The notes below the pieces were generated by a model, which worked only from the letters and a program-made list of their open reading frames with translations, did not search any database and had not been told where the DNA came from. Shown here piece after piece: positions 35,301 through 50,300 of a stretch of 64,000 nucleotides of DNA. Location: NCBI GenBank assembly GCA_964016885.1, contig OZ024756.1:1426001-1490000 (forward strand), in the 5' to 3' direction. The position numbers were made by a program, and so were the translations under genes. The DNA is from Eledone cirrhosa. Its lineage: Eukaryota. The stretch's first letter is position 1. The number at the start of each line of letters is the position of its first letter.

Positions 35301-38300
35301 ATGAAGTGTGCAGTGTCAGTGATCTGGTCCTCTGTCTTGCTGTCTTCAGTTCATCTATGAAGTGTGCAGTGTCAGTGATCTGGTCCTCTGTCTTGCTGTC
35401 TTCAGTTCATCCATGAAGTGTGCAGTGTCAGTGATCTGGTCCTCTGTCTTGCTGTTTTCAGTTCATCTATGAAGTGTGCAGTGTCAGTGATCTGGTCCTC
35501 TGTCTTGCTGTCTTCGGTACATCTATGAAGTGTGCAGTGTCAGTGATTTGGTCCTCTGTCTTGCTGTCTTCAGTTCATCTATGAAGTGTGCAGTGTCAGT
35601 GATCTAGTCCTCTGTCTTGCTGTCTTCGGTACATATATGAAGTGTGCAGTGTCAGTGATCTAGTCCTCTGTCTTGCCGTCTTCAGTACATATATGAAATG
35701 TGCAGTGTCAGTGATCCCGTCCTCTGTCTTGCTGTCTTCAGTTCATCTATGAAGTGTGCAGTGTCAGTGATCTCGTCCTCTGTCTTGCTGTCTTCAGTTC
35801 ATCTATGAAGTGTGCAGTGTCAGTGATCTGGTCCTCTGTCTTGCTGTCTTCAGTTCATCTATGAGGTGTGCAGTGTCAGTGATCTCGTCCTCTGTCTTGC
35901 TGTCTTCAGTACATCTATGAAGTGTGCAGTGTCAGTGATCTGGTCCTCTGTCTTGCTGTCTTCAGTACATCTATGAAGTGTGCAGTGTCAGGGATCTGGT
36001 CCTCTGTCTTTCTGTCTTCAGTTCATCTATGAAGTGTGCAGTGTCAGTGATCTGATCCTCTGTCTTGTTGTCTTCAGTACATCTATGAAGTGTGCAGTGT
36101 CAGTGATCTAGTCCTCTGTCATGCTGTCTTCAGTTCATCTATGAAGTGTGCAGTGTCAGTGATCTGGTCCTCTGTCTTGCTGTCTTCAGTTCATATATGA
36201 AGTGTGCTGTGTCAGTGATCTGGTCCTCTGTCTTGCTGTCTTCAGTTCGTCTATGAAGTGTGCAGTGTCAGTGATCTGGTCCTCTCTCTTGCTGTCTTCA
36301 GTACATCTATGAAGTGTGCAGTGTCAGTGATCTGGTCCTCTGTCTTGCTGTCTTCAGTACATCTATGTAGTGTGCAGTGTCAGTGATCTGGTCCTCTGTC
36401 TTGCTGTCTTCAGTACATCTATGAAGTGTGCAGTGTCAGTGATCTGGTCCTCTGTCTTGCTGTTTTCAGTACATCTATGAAGTGTGAAGTGTCAGTGATC
36501 TGGTCCTCTGTCTTGCTGTCTTCAGTACATCTATGAAGTGTGCAGTGTCAGTGATCAGTTCCTCTGTCTTGCTGTCTTCAGTACATCTATGAAGTGTGCA
36601 GTGTCAGTGATCTGGTCTTCTGTCTTGCTGTCTTCAGTACATCTATGAAGTGTGCAGTGTCAGTGATCTGGTACAAGGTCTTGCTGTCTTCAGTTCATCT
36701 ATGAAGTGTGCAGTGTCAGTGATCTGGTCCTCTGTCTTGCTGTCTTCATTACATCTATGAAGTGTGCAGTGTCAGGGATCTGGTCCTCTGTCTTGCTGTC
36801 TTCAGTACATCTATGAAGTGTGCAGTGTCAGTAATCTGGTCCTCTGTCTTGCTGTCTTCAGTACATCTATGAACTGTGCAGTGTCAAAGATCTGGTCCTC
36901 TGTCTTGCTGTCTTCAGTTCATCTATGAAGTGTGCAGTGTCAGTGATCTCGTCCTCTGTCTTGCTGTCTTCAGTTCATCCATGAAGTGTGCAGTGTCAGT
37001 GATCTGGTCCTCTGTCTTGCTGTCTTCAGTTCATCTATGAAGTGTGCAGTGTCAGTGATCTGGTCCTTTGTCTTGCTGTCTTCGGTACATCTATGAAGTG
37101 TGCAGTGTCAGTGATTTTGTCCTCTGTCTTGCTGTCTTCAGTTCATCTATGAAGTGTGCAGTGTCAGTGATCTCGTCCTCTGTCTTGCTGTCTTCACTAC
37201 ATCTATGAAGTGTGCAGTGTCAGTGATCTGGTCCTCTGACTTGCTGTCTTCAGTTCATCTATGAAGTGTGCAGTGTCAGTGATCTGGTCCCCTGTCTTGC
37301 TGTCTTCAGTACATCCATGAAGTGTGCAGTGTCAGGGATCTGGTCCTCTGTCTTGCTGTCTTCAGTACATATATGTAGTGTCAGGGATCTGGTCCTCTGT
37401 CTTGCTATCTTCAGTACATCTATGAAGTGTGCAGTGTCAGTGATCTGGTCCTCTGTCTTGCTGTCTTCAGTACATCTATGAAGTGTGCAGTGTCAGTGAT
37501 CTGGTTCTCTGTCTTGCTGTCTTCGGTACATATATGAAGTGTGCAGTGTCAGTGATCTAGTCCTCTGTCTTGCTGTCTTCGGTACATATATGAAGTGTGC
37601 AGTGTCAGTGATCTAGTCCTCTGTCTTGCCGTCTTCAGTACATATATGAAGTGTGCAGTGTCAGTGATCCCGTCCTCTGTCTTGCTGTCTTCAGTTCATC
37701 TATGAAGTGTGCAGTGTCAGTGATCTCGTCCTCTGTCTTGCTGTCTTCAGTTCATCTATGAAGTGTGCAGTGTCAGTGATCTCGTCCTCTGTCTTGCTGT
37801 CTTCAGTTCATCTATGAAGTGTGCAGTGTCAGTGATCTCGTCCTCTGTCTTGCTGTCTTCAGTACATCTATGAAGTGTGCAGTGTCAGTGATCTGGTCCT
37901 CTGTCTTGCTGTCTTCAGTACATCTATGAAGTGTGCAGTGTCAGGGATCTGGTCCTCTGTCTTTCTGTCTTCAGTTCATCTATGAAGTGTGCAGTGTCAG
38001 TGATCTGATCCTCTGTCTTGTTGTCTTCAGTACATCTATGAAGTGTGCAGTGTCAGTGATCTAGTCCTCTGTCATGCTGTCTTCAGTTCATCTATGAAGT
38101 GTGCAGTGTCAGTGATCTGGTCCTCTCTCTTGCTGTCTTCAGTACATCTATGAAGTGTGCAGTGTCAGGGATCTGATCCTGTGTCTTGCTGTCTTCAGTA
38201 CATCTATGAAGTGTGCAGTGTCAGTGATCTGGTCCTCTGTCTTGCTGTCTTCAGTACATCTATGAAGTGTGCAGTGTCAGGGATCTGGTCCTCTGTCTTG

Positions 38301-41300
38301 CTGTCTTCAGTACATCTATGAAGTGTGCAGTGTCAGTGATCTGGTCCTCTGTCTTGCTGTCTTCAGTACATCCAAGAAGTGTGCAGTGTCAGTGATCTGG
38401 TCCTCTGTCTTGCTGTCTTCAGTACATCTATGAAGTGTGCAGTGTCAGTGATCTGGTCCTCTGTCTTGCTGTCTTCAGTTCATATATGAAGTGTGCTGTG
38501 TCAGTGATCTGGTCCTCTGTCTTGCTGTCTTCAGTTCGTCTATGAAGTGTGCAGTGTCAGTGATCTGGTCCTCTCTCTTGCTGTCTTCAGTACATCTATG
38601 AAGTGTGCAGTGTCAGTGATCTGGTCCTCTGTCTTGCTGTCTTCAGTACATCTATGTAGTGTGCAGTGTCAGTGATCTGGTCCTCTGTCTTGCTGTCTTC
38701 AGTACATCTATGAAGTGTGCAGTGTCAGTGATCTGGTCCTCTGTCTTGCTGTTTTCAGTACATCTATGAAGTGTGAAGTGTCAGTGATCTGGTCCTCTGT
38801 CTTGCTGTCTTCAGTTCATCTATGAAGTGTGCAGTGTCAGTGATCTGGTCCTCTGTCTTGCTGTCTTCAGTACATCTATGAAGTGTGCAGTGTCAGGGAT
38901 CAGGTCCTCTGTCTTGCTGTCTTCAGTACATCTATGAAGTGTGCAGTGTCAGTGATCAGTTCCTCTGTCTTGCTGTCTTCAGTACATCTATGAAGTGTGC
39001 AGTGTCAGTGATCTGGTCTTCTGTCTTGCTGTCTTCAGTACATCTATGAAGTGTGCAGTGTCAGTGATCTGGTACACGGTCTTGCTGTCTTCAGTTCATC
39101 TATGAAGTGTGCAGTGTCAGTGATCTGGTCCTCTGTCTTGCTGTCTTCATTACATCTATGAAGTGTGCAGTGTCAGGGATCTGGTCCTCTGTCTTGCTGT
39201 CTTCAGTACATCTATGAAGTGTGCAGTGTCAGTAATCTGGTCCTCTGTCTTGCTTGTCTTCAGTACATCTATGAAGTGTGCAGTGTCAAAGATCTGGTCC
39301 TCTGTCTTGCTGTCTTCAGTTCATCTATGAAGTGTGCAGTGTCAGTGATCTCGTCCTCTGTCTTGCTGTCTTCAGTTCATCCATGAAGTGTGCAGTGTCA
39401 GTGATCTGGTCCTCTGTCTTGCTGTCTTCAGTTCATCTATGAAGTGTGCAGTGTCAGTGATCTGGTCCTTTGTCTTGCTGTCTTCGGTACATCTATGAAG
39501 TGTGCAGTGTCAGTGATTTTGTCCTCTGTCTTGCTGTCTTCAGTTCATCTATGAAGTGTGCAGTGTCAGTGATCTCGTCCTCTGTCTTGCTGTCTTCACT
39601 ACATCTATGAAGTGTGCAGTGTCAGTGATCTGGTCCTCTGACTTGCTGTCTTCAGTTCATCTATGAAGTGTGCAGTGTCAGTGATCTGGTCCCCTGTCTT
39701 GCTGTCTTCAGTACATCCATGAAGTGTGCAGTGTCAGGGATCTGGTCCTCTGTCTTGCTGTCTTCAGTACATATATGTAGTGTCAGGGATCTGGTCCTCT
39801 GTCTTGCTATCTTCAGTACATCTATGAAGTGTGCAGTGTCAGTGATCTGGTCCTCTGTCTTGCTGTCTTCAGTACATCTATGAAGTGTGCAGTGTCAGTG
39901 ATCTGGTCCTCTGTCTTGCTGTCTTCAGTACATCTATGAAGTGTGCAGTGTCAGTAATCTGGTCCTCTGTCTTGCTGTCTTCAGTTCATCTATGAAGTGT
40001 GCATTGTCAGTGATCTGGTCCTCTGTCTTGCTGTCTTCGGTACATCTATGAAGTGTGCAGTGTCAGTGATCTGGTCCTCTGTCTTGCTGTCTTCAGTACA
40101 TCTATGAAGTGTGCAGTGTCAGTGATTTGGTCCTCTGTCTTGCTGTCTTCAGTACATCTATGAAGTGTGCAGTGTCAGGGATCTGGTCCTCTGTCTTGCT
40201 GTCTTCAGTACATCTATGAAGTGTGCAGTGTCAGGGATCTGGTCCTCTGTCTTGCTGTCTTCAGTACATCTATGAAGTGTGCAGTGTCAGTGATCTGGTC
40301 CTCTGTCTTGCTGTCTTCACTACATCTATGAAGTGTGCAGTGTCAGTAATCTGGTCCTCTGTCTTGCTGTCTTCAGTTCATCTATAAAGTGTGCAGTGTC
40401 AGTGATCTAGTCCTCTGTCTTGCTGTCTTCAGTTCATCTATGAAGTGTGTAGTGTCAGTGATCTGATCCTCTGTCTTGCTGTCTTCAGTACATCTATGAA
40501 GTGTGCAGTGTCAGTGATCTAGTCCTCTGTCTTGCTGTCTTCAGTTCATCTATGAAGTGTGCAGTGTCAGTGATCTAGTCCGCTATCTTGCTGTCTTCAG
40601 TACATCTATGAAGTGTGCAGTGTCAGGGATCTGGTCCTCTGTCTGGCTGTCTTCAGTTCATCTATGAAGTGTGCAGTGTCAGTGATCTGATCCTCTGTCT
40701 TGCTGTCTTCAGTACATCTATGAAGTGTGCAGTGTCAGTGATCTAGTCCTCTGTCTTGCTGTCTCCAGTTCATCTATGAAGTGTGCAGTGTCAGTGATCT
40801 AGTCCTCTGTCTTGCTTTCTTCGGTACATATATGAAGTGTGCAGTGTCAGTGATCTAGTCCTCTGTCTTGCCGTCTTCAGTACATATATGTAGTGTGCAG
40901 TGTCAGTGATCTCGACCTCTGTCTTGCTGTCTTCAGTTCATCTATGAAGTGTGCAGTGTCAGTGATCTCGTCCTCTGTCTTGCTGTCTCCAGTTCATCTA
41001 TGAAGTGTGCAGTGTCAGTGATCTGGTCCTCTGTCTTGCTGTCTTCAGTTCATCTATGAAGTGTGCAGTGTCAGTGATCTCGTCCTCTGTCTTGCTGTCT
41101 TCAGTTCATCTATGAAGTGTGCAGTGTCAGTGATCTGGTCCTCTGTCTTGCTGTCTTCAGTTCATCTATGAAGTGTGCAGTGTCAGTGATCTGGTCCTCT
41201 GTCTTGCTGTCTTCAGTTCATCTATGAAGTGTGCAGTGTCAGTGATCTGATCCTCTGTCTTGCTGTCTTCAGTACATCTATGGAGTGTGCAGTGTCAGTG

Positions 41301-44300
41301 ATCTAGTCCTCTGTCTTGCTGTCTTCAGTTCATCTATGAAGTGTGCAGTGTCAGTGATCTGGTCCTCTGTCTTGCTGTCTTCAGTACATCTATGAAGTGT
41401 GCAGTGTCAGGGATCTGATCCTGTGTCTTGCTGTCTTCAGTACATCTATGAAGTGTGCAGTGTCAGTGATCTGGTCCTCTGTCTTGCTGTCTTCAGTACA
41501 TCTATGAAGTGTGCAGTGTCAGTGATCTCTTCCTCTGTCTTGCTGTCTTCAGTTCATCTATGAAGTGTGCAGTGTCAGTGATCTCGTACTCTGTCTTGCT
41601 GTCTTCAGTTCATCTATGAAGTGTGCAGTGTCAGTGATCTCGTCCTCTGTCTTGCTGTCTTCAGTTCATCTATGAAGTGTGCAGTGTCAGGGATCTGGTC
41701 CTCTGTCTTGCTGTCTTCAGTACATCTATGAAGTGTGCAGTGTCAGTAATCTGGTCCTCTGACTTGCTGTCTTCAGTACATCTATGAATTGTGCAGTGTC
41801 AGTGATCTAGTCCTCTGTCATGCTGTCTTCAGTTCATCTATGAAGTGTGCAGTGTCAGTGATCTAATCCTGTGTCTTGCTGTCTTCAGTACATCTATGAA
41901 GTGTGCAGTGTCAGTGATCTGGTCCTCTGTCTTGCTGTCTTCAGTACATCTATGAAGTGTGCAGTGTCAGTGATCTCGTCCTCTGTCTTGCTGTCTTCAA
42001 TTCATCTATGAAGTGTGCAGTGTCAGTGATCTCGTCCTCTGTCTTGCTGTCTTCAGTTCATCTATGAAGTGTGCAGTGTCAGTGATCTGGTCCTCTGTCT
42101 TGCTGTCTTCAGTTCATCCATAAAGAGTGCAGTGTCAGTGATCTGGTCCTCTGTCTTGCTGTCTTCAGTTCATCTATGAAGTGTGCAGTGTCAGTGATCT
42201 GGTCCTCTGTCTTGCTGTCTTCGGTACATCTATGAATTTTTCAGTGTCAGTGATTTGGTCCTCTGTCTTGCTGTCTTCAGTTCATCTATGAAGTGTGCAG
42301 TGTCAGTGATCTCGTCCTCTGTCTTGCTGTCTTCACTACATCTATGAAGTGTGCAGTGTCAGTGATCTGGTCCTTTGTCTTGCTGTCTTCAGTTCATCTA
42401 TAAAGTGTGCAGTGTCAGTGATCTAGTCCTCTGTCTTGCTGTCTTCAGTTCATCTATGAAGTGTGTAGTGTCAGTGATCTGATCCTCTGTCTTGCTGTCT
42501 TCAGTACATCTATGAAGTGTGCAGTGTCAGTGATCTAGTCCTCTGTCTTGCTGTCTTCAGTTCATCTATGAAGTGTGCAGTGTCAGTGATCTAGTCCGCT
42601 ATCTTGCTGTCTTCAGTACATCTATGAAGTGTGCAGTGTCAGGGATCTGGTCCTCTGTCTGGCTGTCTTCAGTTCATCTATGAAGTGTGCAGTGTCAGTG
42701 ATCTGATCCTCTGTCTTGCTGTCTTCAGTACATCTATGAAGTGTGCAGTGTCAGTGATCTAGTCCTCTGTCTTGCTGTCTCCAGTTCATCTATGAAGTGT
42801 GCAGTGTCAGTGATCTAGTCCTCTGTCTTGCTTTCTTCGGTACATATATGAAGTGTGCAGTGTCAGTGATCTAGTCCTCTGTCTTGCCGTCTTCAGTACA
42901 TATATGTAGTGTGCAGTGTCAGTGATCTCGACCTCTGTCTTGCTGTCTTCAGTTCATCTATGAAGTGTGCAGTGTCAGTGATCTCGTCCTCTGTCTTGCT
43001 GTCTCCAGTTCATCTATGAAGTGTGCAGTGTCAGTGATCTGGTCCTCTGTCTTGCTGTCTTCAGTTCATCTATGAAGTGTGCAGTGTCAGTGATCTCGTC
43101 CTCTGTCTTGCTGTCTTCAGTTCATCTATGAAGTGTGCAGTGTCAGTGATCTGGTCCTCTGTCTTGCTGTCTTCAGTTCATCTATGAAGTGTGCAGTGTC
43201 AGTGATCTGGTCCTCTGTCTTGCTGTCTTCAGTTCATCTATGAAGTGTGCAGTGTCAGTGATCTGATCCTCTGTCTTGCTGTCTTCAGTACATCTATGGA
43301 GTGTGCAGTGTCAGTGATCTAGTCCTCTGTCTTGCTGTCTTCAGTTCATCTATGAAGTGTGCAGTGTCAGTGATCTGGTCCTCTGTCTTGCTGTCTTCAG
43401 TACATCTATGAAGTGTGCAGTGTCAGGGATCTGATCCTGTGTCTTGCTGTCTTCAGTACATCTATGAAGTGTGCAGTGTCAGTGATCTGGTCCTCTGTCT
43501 TGCTGTCTTCAGTACATCTATGAAGTGTGCAGTGTCAGTGATCTCTTCCTCTGTCTTGCTGTCTTCAGTTCATCTATGAAGTGTGCAGTGTCAGTGATCT
43601 CGTACTCTGTCTTGCTGTCTTCAGTTCATCTATGAAGTGTGCAGTGTCAGTGATCTCGTCCTCTGTCTTGCTGTCTTCAGTTCATCTATGAAGTGTGCAG
43701 TGTCAGGGATCTGGTCCTCTGTCTTGCTGTCTTCAGTACATCTATGAAGTGTGCAGTGTCAGTAATCTGGTCCTCTGACTTGCTGTCTTCAGTACATCTA
43801 TGAATTGTGCAGTGTCAGTGATCTAGTCCTCTGTCATGCTGTCTTCAGTTCATCTATGAAGTGTGCAGTGTCAGTGATCTAATCCTGTGTCTTGCTGTCT
43901 TCAGTACATCTATGAAGTGTGCAGTGTCAGTGATCTGGTCCTCTGTCTTGCTGTCTTCAGTACATCTATGAAGTGTGCAGTGTCAGTGATCTCGTCCTCT
44001 GTCTTGCTGTCTTCAATTCATCTATGAAGTGTGCAGTGTCAGTGATCTCGTCCTCTGTCTTGCTGTCTTCAGTTCATCTATGAAGTGTGCAGTGTCAGTG
44101 ATCTGGTCCTCTGTCTTGCTGTCTTCAGTTCATCCATAAAGAGTGCAGTGTCAGTGATCTGGTCCTCTGTCTTGCTGTCTTCAGTTCATCTATGAAGTGT
44201 GCAGTGTCAGTGATCTGGTCCTCTGTCTTGCTGTCTTCGGTACATCTATGAATTTTTCAGTGTCAGTGATTTGGTCCTCTGTCTTGCTGTCTTCAGTTCA

Positions 44301-47300
44301 TCTATGAAGTGTGCAGTGTCAGTGATCTCGTCCTCTGTCTTGCTGTCTTCACTACATCTATGAAGTGTGCAGTGTCAGTGATCTGGTCCTTTGTCTTGCT
44401 GTCTTCAGTTCATTTATGAAGTGTGCAGTGTCAGGGATCTGGTCCTCTGTCTTGCTGTCTTCAGTACATCTATGAAGTGTGCAGTGTCAGGGATCTGGAC
44501 CTCTGTCTTGCTGTCTTCAGTACATCTATGAAGTGTGCAGTGTCAGTGATCTGGTCCGCTGTCTTGCTGTCTTCAGTACATCTATGAAGTGTGCAGTGTC
44601 AGTAATCTGGTCCTCTGTCTTGCTGTCTTCAGTTCATCTATGAAGTGTGCAGTGTCAGTGATCTAGTCTTCTGTCTTGCTGTCTTCAGTTCATCTATGAA
44701 GTGTGCAGTGTCAGTGATCTGCTCCTCTGTCTTGCTGTCTTCAGTTCATCTATGAAGTGTGCAGTGTCAGTGATCTGGTCCTCTGTCTTGCTGTCTTCAG
44801 TACATCTATGAAGTGTGCAGTGTCAGGGATCTGGTCCTCTGTCTTGCTGTCTTCAGTACATCTATGAAGTGTGCAGTGTCAGGGATCTGGTCCTCTGTCT
44901 TGCTGTCTTCAGTACATCTATGAAGTGTGCAGTGTCAGTGATCTGGTCCTCTGTCTTGCTGTCTTCAGTACATCCAAGAAGTGTGCAGTGTCAGTGATCT
45001 GGTCCTCTGTCTTGCTGTCTTCAGTACATCTATGAAGTGTGCAGTGTCAGTGATCTGGTCCTCTGTCTTGCTGTCTTCAGTTCATCTATGAAGTGTGCAG
45101 TATCAGTGATCTGGTCCTCTGTCTTGCTGTCTTCAGTTCGTCTATGAGGTGTGCAGTGTCAGTGATCTTGTCCTCTCCCTTGCTGTCTTCAGTACATCTA
45201 TGAAGTGTGCAGTGTCAGTGATCTGGTCCTCTGTCTTGCTGTCTTCAGTACATCTATGTAGTGTGCAGTGTCAGTGATCTGGTCCTCTGTCTTGCTGTAT
45301 TCAGTACATCTATGAAATGTGCAGTGTCAGTGATCTGGTCCTCTGTCTTGCTGTCTTCAGTACATCTATGAAGTGTGCAGTGTCAGTGATCTGGTCCTCT
45401 GTCTTGCTGTCTTCAGTTCATCTATGAAGTGTGCAGTGTCAGTGATCTGGTCCTCTGTCTTGCTGTCTTCGGTACATCTATGAAGTGTGCAGTGTCAGGG
45501 ATCTGATCCTCTGTCTTGCTGTCTTCAGTACATCTATGAAGTGTGCAGTGTCAGTGATCTGGTCCTCTGTCTTGCTGTCTTCAGTACATCTATGAAGTGT
45601 GCAGTGTCAGTGATCTGGTCCTCTGTCTTGCTGTCTTCAGTACATCTATGAAGTGTGCAGTGTCAGTAATCTGGTCCTCTGTCTTGCTGTCTTCAATACA
45701 TCTATGAAGTGTGCAGTGTCAGGGATCTGGTCCTCTGTCTTGCTGTCTTCAGTACATCTATGAAGTGTGCAGTGTCAGGGATCTGGTCCTCTGTCTTGCT
45801 GTCTTCAGTACATCTATGAAGTGTGCAGTGTCAGTGATCTGGTCCTCTGTCTTGCTGTCTTCAGTACATCCAAGAAGTGTGCAGTGTCAGTGATCTGGTC
45901 CTCTGTCTTGCTGTTTTCAGTACATCTATGAAGTGTGCAGTGTCAGTGATCTGGTCCTCTGTCTTGCTGTCGTCGGTACATCTATGAATTTTGCAGTGTC
46001 AGTGATTTGGTCCTCTGTCTTGCTGTCTTCAGTTCATCTATGAAGTATGCAGTGTCAGTGATCTCGTCCTCTGTCTTGCTGTCTTCACTACATCTATGAA
46101 GTGTGCAGTGTCAGTGATCTGGTTCTCTGTCTTGCTGTCTTCAGTTCATTTATGAAGTGTGCAGTGTCAGTGATCTGGTCCTCTGTCTTGCTGTCTTCAG
46201 TACATCTATGAAGTGTGCAGTGTCAGGGATCTGGTCCTCTGTCTTGCTGTCTCCAGTACATCTATGAAGTGTGCAGTGTCAGGGATCTGGTCCTCTGTCT
46301 TGCTGTCTTCAGTACATCTATGAAGTGTGCAGTGTCAGTGATCTGGTCCTCTGTCTTGCTGTCTTCAGTACATCTATGAAGTGTGCAGTGTCAGTGATCT
46401 GGTCCTCTGTCTTGCTGTCTTCAGTACATCTATGAAGTGTGCAGTGTCAGTAATCTGGTCCTCTGTCTTGCTGTCTTCAGTTCATCTATGAAGTGTGCAG
46501 TGTCAGTGATCTGGTCATCTGTTTTGCTGTCTCCGGTACATCTATGAAGTGTGCAGTGTCAGTGATTTGGTCCTCTGTCTTGCTGTCTTCACTACATCTA
46601 TGAAGTGTGCAGTGTCAGTGATCTGGTCCTTTGTCTTGCTGTCTTCAGTACATCTATGAAGTGTGCAGTGTCAGTAATCTGGTCCTCTGTCTTGCTGTCT
46701 TCAGTACATCTATGAAGTGTGCAGTGTCAGGGATCTGGTCCTCTGTCTTGCTGTCTTCAGTACATCTATGAAGTGTGCAGTGTCAGGGATCTGGTCCTCT
46801 GTCTTGCTGTCTTCAGTACATCTATGATGTGTGCAGTGTCAGTGATCTGGTCCTCTGTCTTGCTGTCTACAGTACATCCAAGAAGTGTGCAGTGTCAGTG
46901 ATCTGGTCCTCTGTCTTGCTGTCTTCAGTACATCTATGAAGTGTGCAGTGTCAGTGATCTGGTCCTCTGTCTTGCTGTCTTCAGTTCATCTATGAAGTGT
47001 GCAGTGTCAAAGATCTGGTCCTCTGTCTTGCTGTCTTCAGTTCATCTATGAAGTGTGCAGTGTCAGTGATCTGGTCCTCTGTCTTGCTGTCTTCAGTTCA
47101 TCTATGAAGTGTGCAGTGTCAGTGATCTGGTCCTCTGTCTTGCTGTCTTCAGTTCATCTATGAAGTGTGGAGTGTCAGTGATCTGGTCCTCTGTCTTGCT
47201 GTCGTCGGTACATCTATGAATGTTGCAGTGTCAGTGATTTGGTCCTCTGTCTTGCTGTCTTCAGTTCATCTATGAAGTATGCAGTGTCAGTGATCTCGTC

Positions 47301-50300
47301 CTCTGTCATGCTGTCTTCACTACATCTATGAAGTGTGCAGTGTCAGTGATCTGGTTCTCTGTCTTGCTGTCTTCAGTTCATTTATGAAGTGTGCAGTGTC
47401 AGTGATCTGGTCCTCTGTCTTGCTGTCTTCAGTACATCTATGAAGTGTGCAGTGTCAGGGATCTGGTCCTCTGTCTTGCTGTCTTCAGTACATCTATGAA
47501 GTGTGCAGTGTCAGGGATCTGGTCCTCTGTCTTGCTGTCTTCAGTACATCTATGAAGTGTGCAGTGTCAGTGATCTGGTCCTCTGTCTTGCTGTCTTCAG
47601 TACATCTATGAAGTGTGCAGTGTCAGGGATCTGGTCCTCTGTCTTGCTGTCTTCAGTACATCTATGAAGTGTGCAGTGTCAGGGATCTGATCCTCTGTCT
47701 TGCTGTCTTCAGTACATCTATGAAGTGTGCAGTGTCAGTGATCTGGTCCTCTGTCTTGCTGTCTTCAGTACATCTATGAAGTGTGCAGTGTCAGTGATCT
47801 GGTCCTCTGTCTTGCTGTCTTCAGTACATCTATGAAGTGTGCAGTGTCAGTAATCTGGTCCTCTGTCTTGCTGTCTTCAATACATCTATGAAGTGTGCAG
47901 TGTCAGGGATCTGGTCCTCTGTCTTGCTGTCTTCAGTACATCTATGAAGTGTGCAGTGTCAGGGATCTGGTCCTCTGTCTTGCTGTCTTCAGTACATCTA
48001 TGAAGTGTGCAGTGTCAGTGATCTGGTCCTCTGTCTTGCTGTCTTCAGTACATCCAAGAAGTGTGCAGGTTCAGTGATCTGGTCCTCTGTCTTGCTGTTT
48101 TCAGTACATCTATGAAGTGTGCAGTGTCAGTGATCTGGTCCTCTGTCTTGCTGTCGTCGGTACATCTATGAATTTTGCAGTGTCAGTGATTTGGTCCTCT
48201 GTCTTGCTGTCTTCAGTTCATCTATGAAGTATGCAGTGTCAGTGATCTCGTCCTCTGTCTTGCTGTCTTCACTACATCTATGAAGTGTGCAGTGTCAGTG
48301 ATCTGGTTCTCTGTCTTGCTGTCTTCAGTTCATTTATGAAGTGTGCAGTGTCAGTGATCTGGTCCTCTGTCTTGCTGTCTTCAGTACATCTATGAAGTGT
48401 GCAGTGTCAGTAATCTGGTCCTCTGTCTTGCTGTCTTCAGTTCATCTATGAAGTGTGCAGTGTCAGTGATTTGGTCCTCTGTCTTGCTGTCTTCACTACA
48501 TCTATGAAGTGTGCAGTGTCAGTGATCTGGTCCTTTGTCTTGCTGTCTTCAGTTCATCTATGAAGTGTGCAGTGTCAGTGATCTGGTCCTCTGTCTTGCT
48601 GTCTTCAGTACATCTATGAAGTGTGCAGTGTCAGGGATCTGGTCCTCTGTCTTGCTGTCTTCAGTACATCTATGAAGTGTGCAGTGTCATGGATCTGGTC
48701 CTCTGTCTTGCTGTCTTCAGTACATCTATGAAGTGTGCAGTGTCAGAGATCTGGTCCTCTGTCTTGCTGTCTTCAGTACATCTATGAAGTGTGCAGTGTC
48801 AGTGATCTGGTCCGCTGTCTTGCTGTCTTCAGTACATCTATGAAGTGTGCAGTGTCAGTAATCTGGTCCTCTGTCTTGCTGTCTTCAGTACATCTATGAA
48901 GTGTGCAGTGTCAGGGATCTGGTCCTCTGTCTTGCTGTCTTCAGTACATCTATGAAGTGTGCAGTGTCAGTGATCTGGTCCTCTGTCTTGCTATCTTCAG
49001 TTCATCTATGAAGTGTGCAGTGTCAGTGATCTGGTCCTCTGTCTTGCTGTTTTCAGTTCATCTATGAAGTGTGCAGTGTCAGTGATCTGGTCCTCTGTCT
49101 TGCTGTCTTCGGTACATCTATGAAGTGTGCAGTGTCAGTGATTTGGTCCTCTGTCTTGCTGTCTTCAGTTCATCTATGAAGTGTGCAGTGTCAGTGATCT
49201 AGTCCTCTTTCTTGCTGTCTTCGGTACATATATGAAGTGTGCAGTGTCAGTGATCTAGTCCTCTGTCTTGCCGTCTTCAGTACATATATGAAGTGTGCAG
49301 TGTCAGTGATCCCGTCCTCTGTCTTGCTGTCTTCAGTTCATCTATGAAGTGTGCAGTGTCAGTGATCTCGTCCTCTATCTTGCTGTCTTCAGTACATCTA
49401 TGAAGTGTGCAGTGTCAGTAATCTGGTCCTCTGTCTTGCTGTCTTCAGTATATCTATGAAGTGTGCAGTGTCAGTGATCTGTTCCTCTGTCTTGCTGTCT
49501 TCAGTACATCTATGAAGTGTGCAGTGTCAGTAATCTGGTCCTCTGTCTTGCTGTCTTCAGTACATCTATGAAGTGTGCAGTGTCAGGGATCTGGTCCTCT
49601 GTCTTGCTGTCTTCAGTACATCTATGAAGTGTGCAGTGGCAGGGATCTGGTCCTCTGTCTTGCTGTCTTCAGTACATCTATGAAGTGTGCAGTGTCAGTG
49701 ATCTGGTCCTCTGTCTTGCTGTCTCCGGTACATCTATGAAGTGTGCAGTGTCAGTGATTTGGTCCTCTGTCTTGCTGTCTTCACTACATCTATGAAGTGT
49801 GCAGTGTCAGTGATCTGGTCCTTTGTCTTGCTGTCTTCAGTACATCTATGAAGTGTGCAGTGTCAGTAATCTGGTCCTCTGTCTTGCTGTCTTCAGTACA
49901 TCTATGAAGTGTGCAGTGTCAGGGATCTGGTCCTCTGTCTTGCTGTCTTCAGTACATCTATGAAGTGTGCAGTGTCAGTGATCTGGTCCTCTGTCTTGCT
50001 GTCTTCAGTACATCTATGAAGTGTGCAGTGTCAGTGATCTGGTCCTCTGTCTTGCTGTCTACAGTACATCCAAGAAGTGTGCAGTGTCAGTGATCTGGTC
50101 CTCTGTCTTGCTGTCTTCAGTACATCTATGAAGTGTGCAGTGTCAGTGATCTGGTCCTCTGTCTTGCTGTCTTCAGTTCATCTATGAAGTGTGCAGTGTC
50201 AAAGATCTGGTCCTCTGTCTTGCTGTCTTCAGTTCATCTATGAAGTGTGCAGTGTCAGTGATCTGGTCCTCTGTCTTGCTGTCTTCAGTTCATCTATGAA

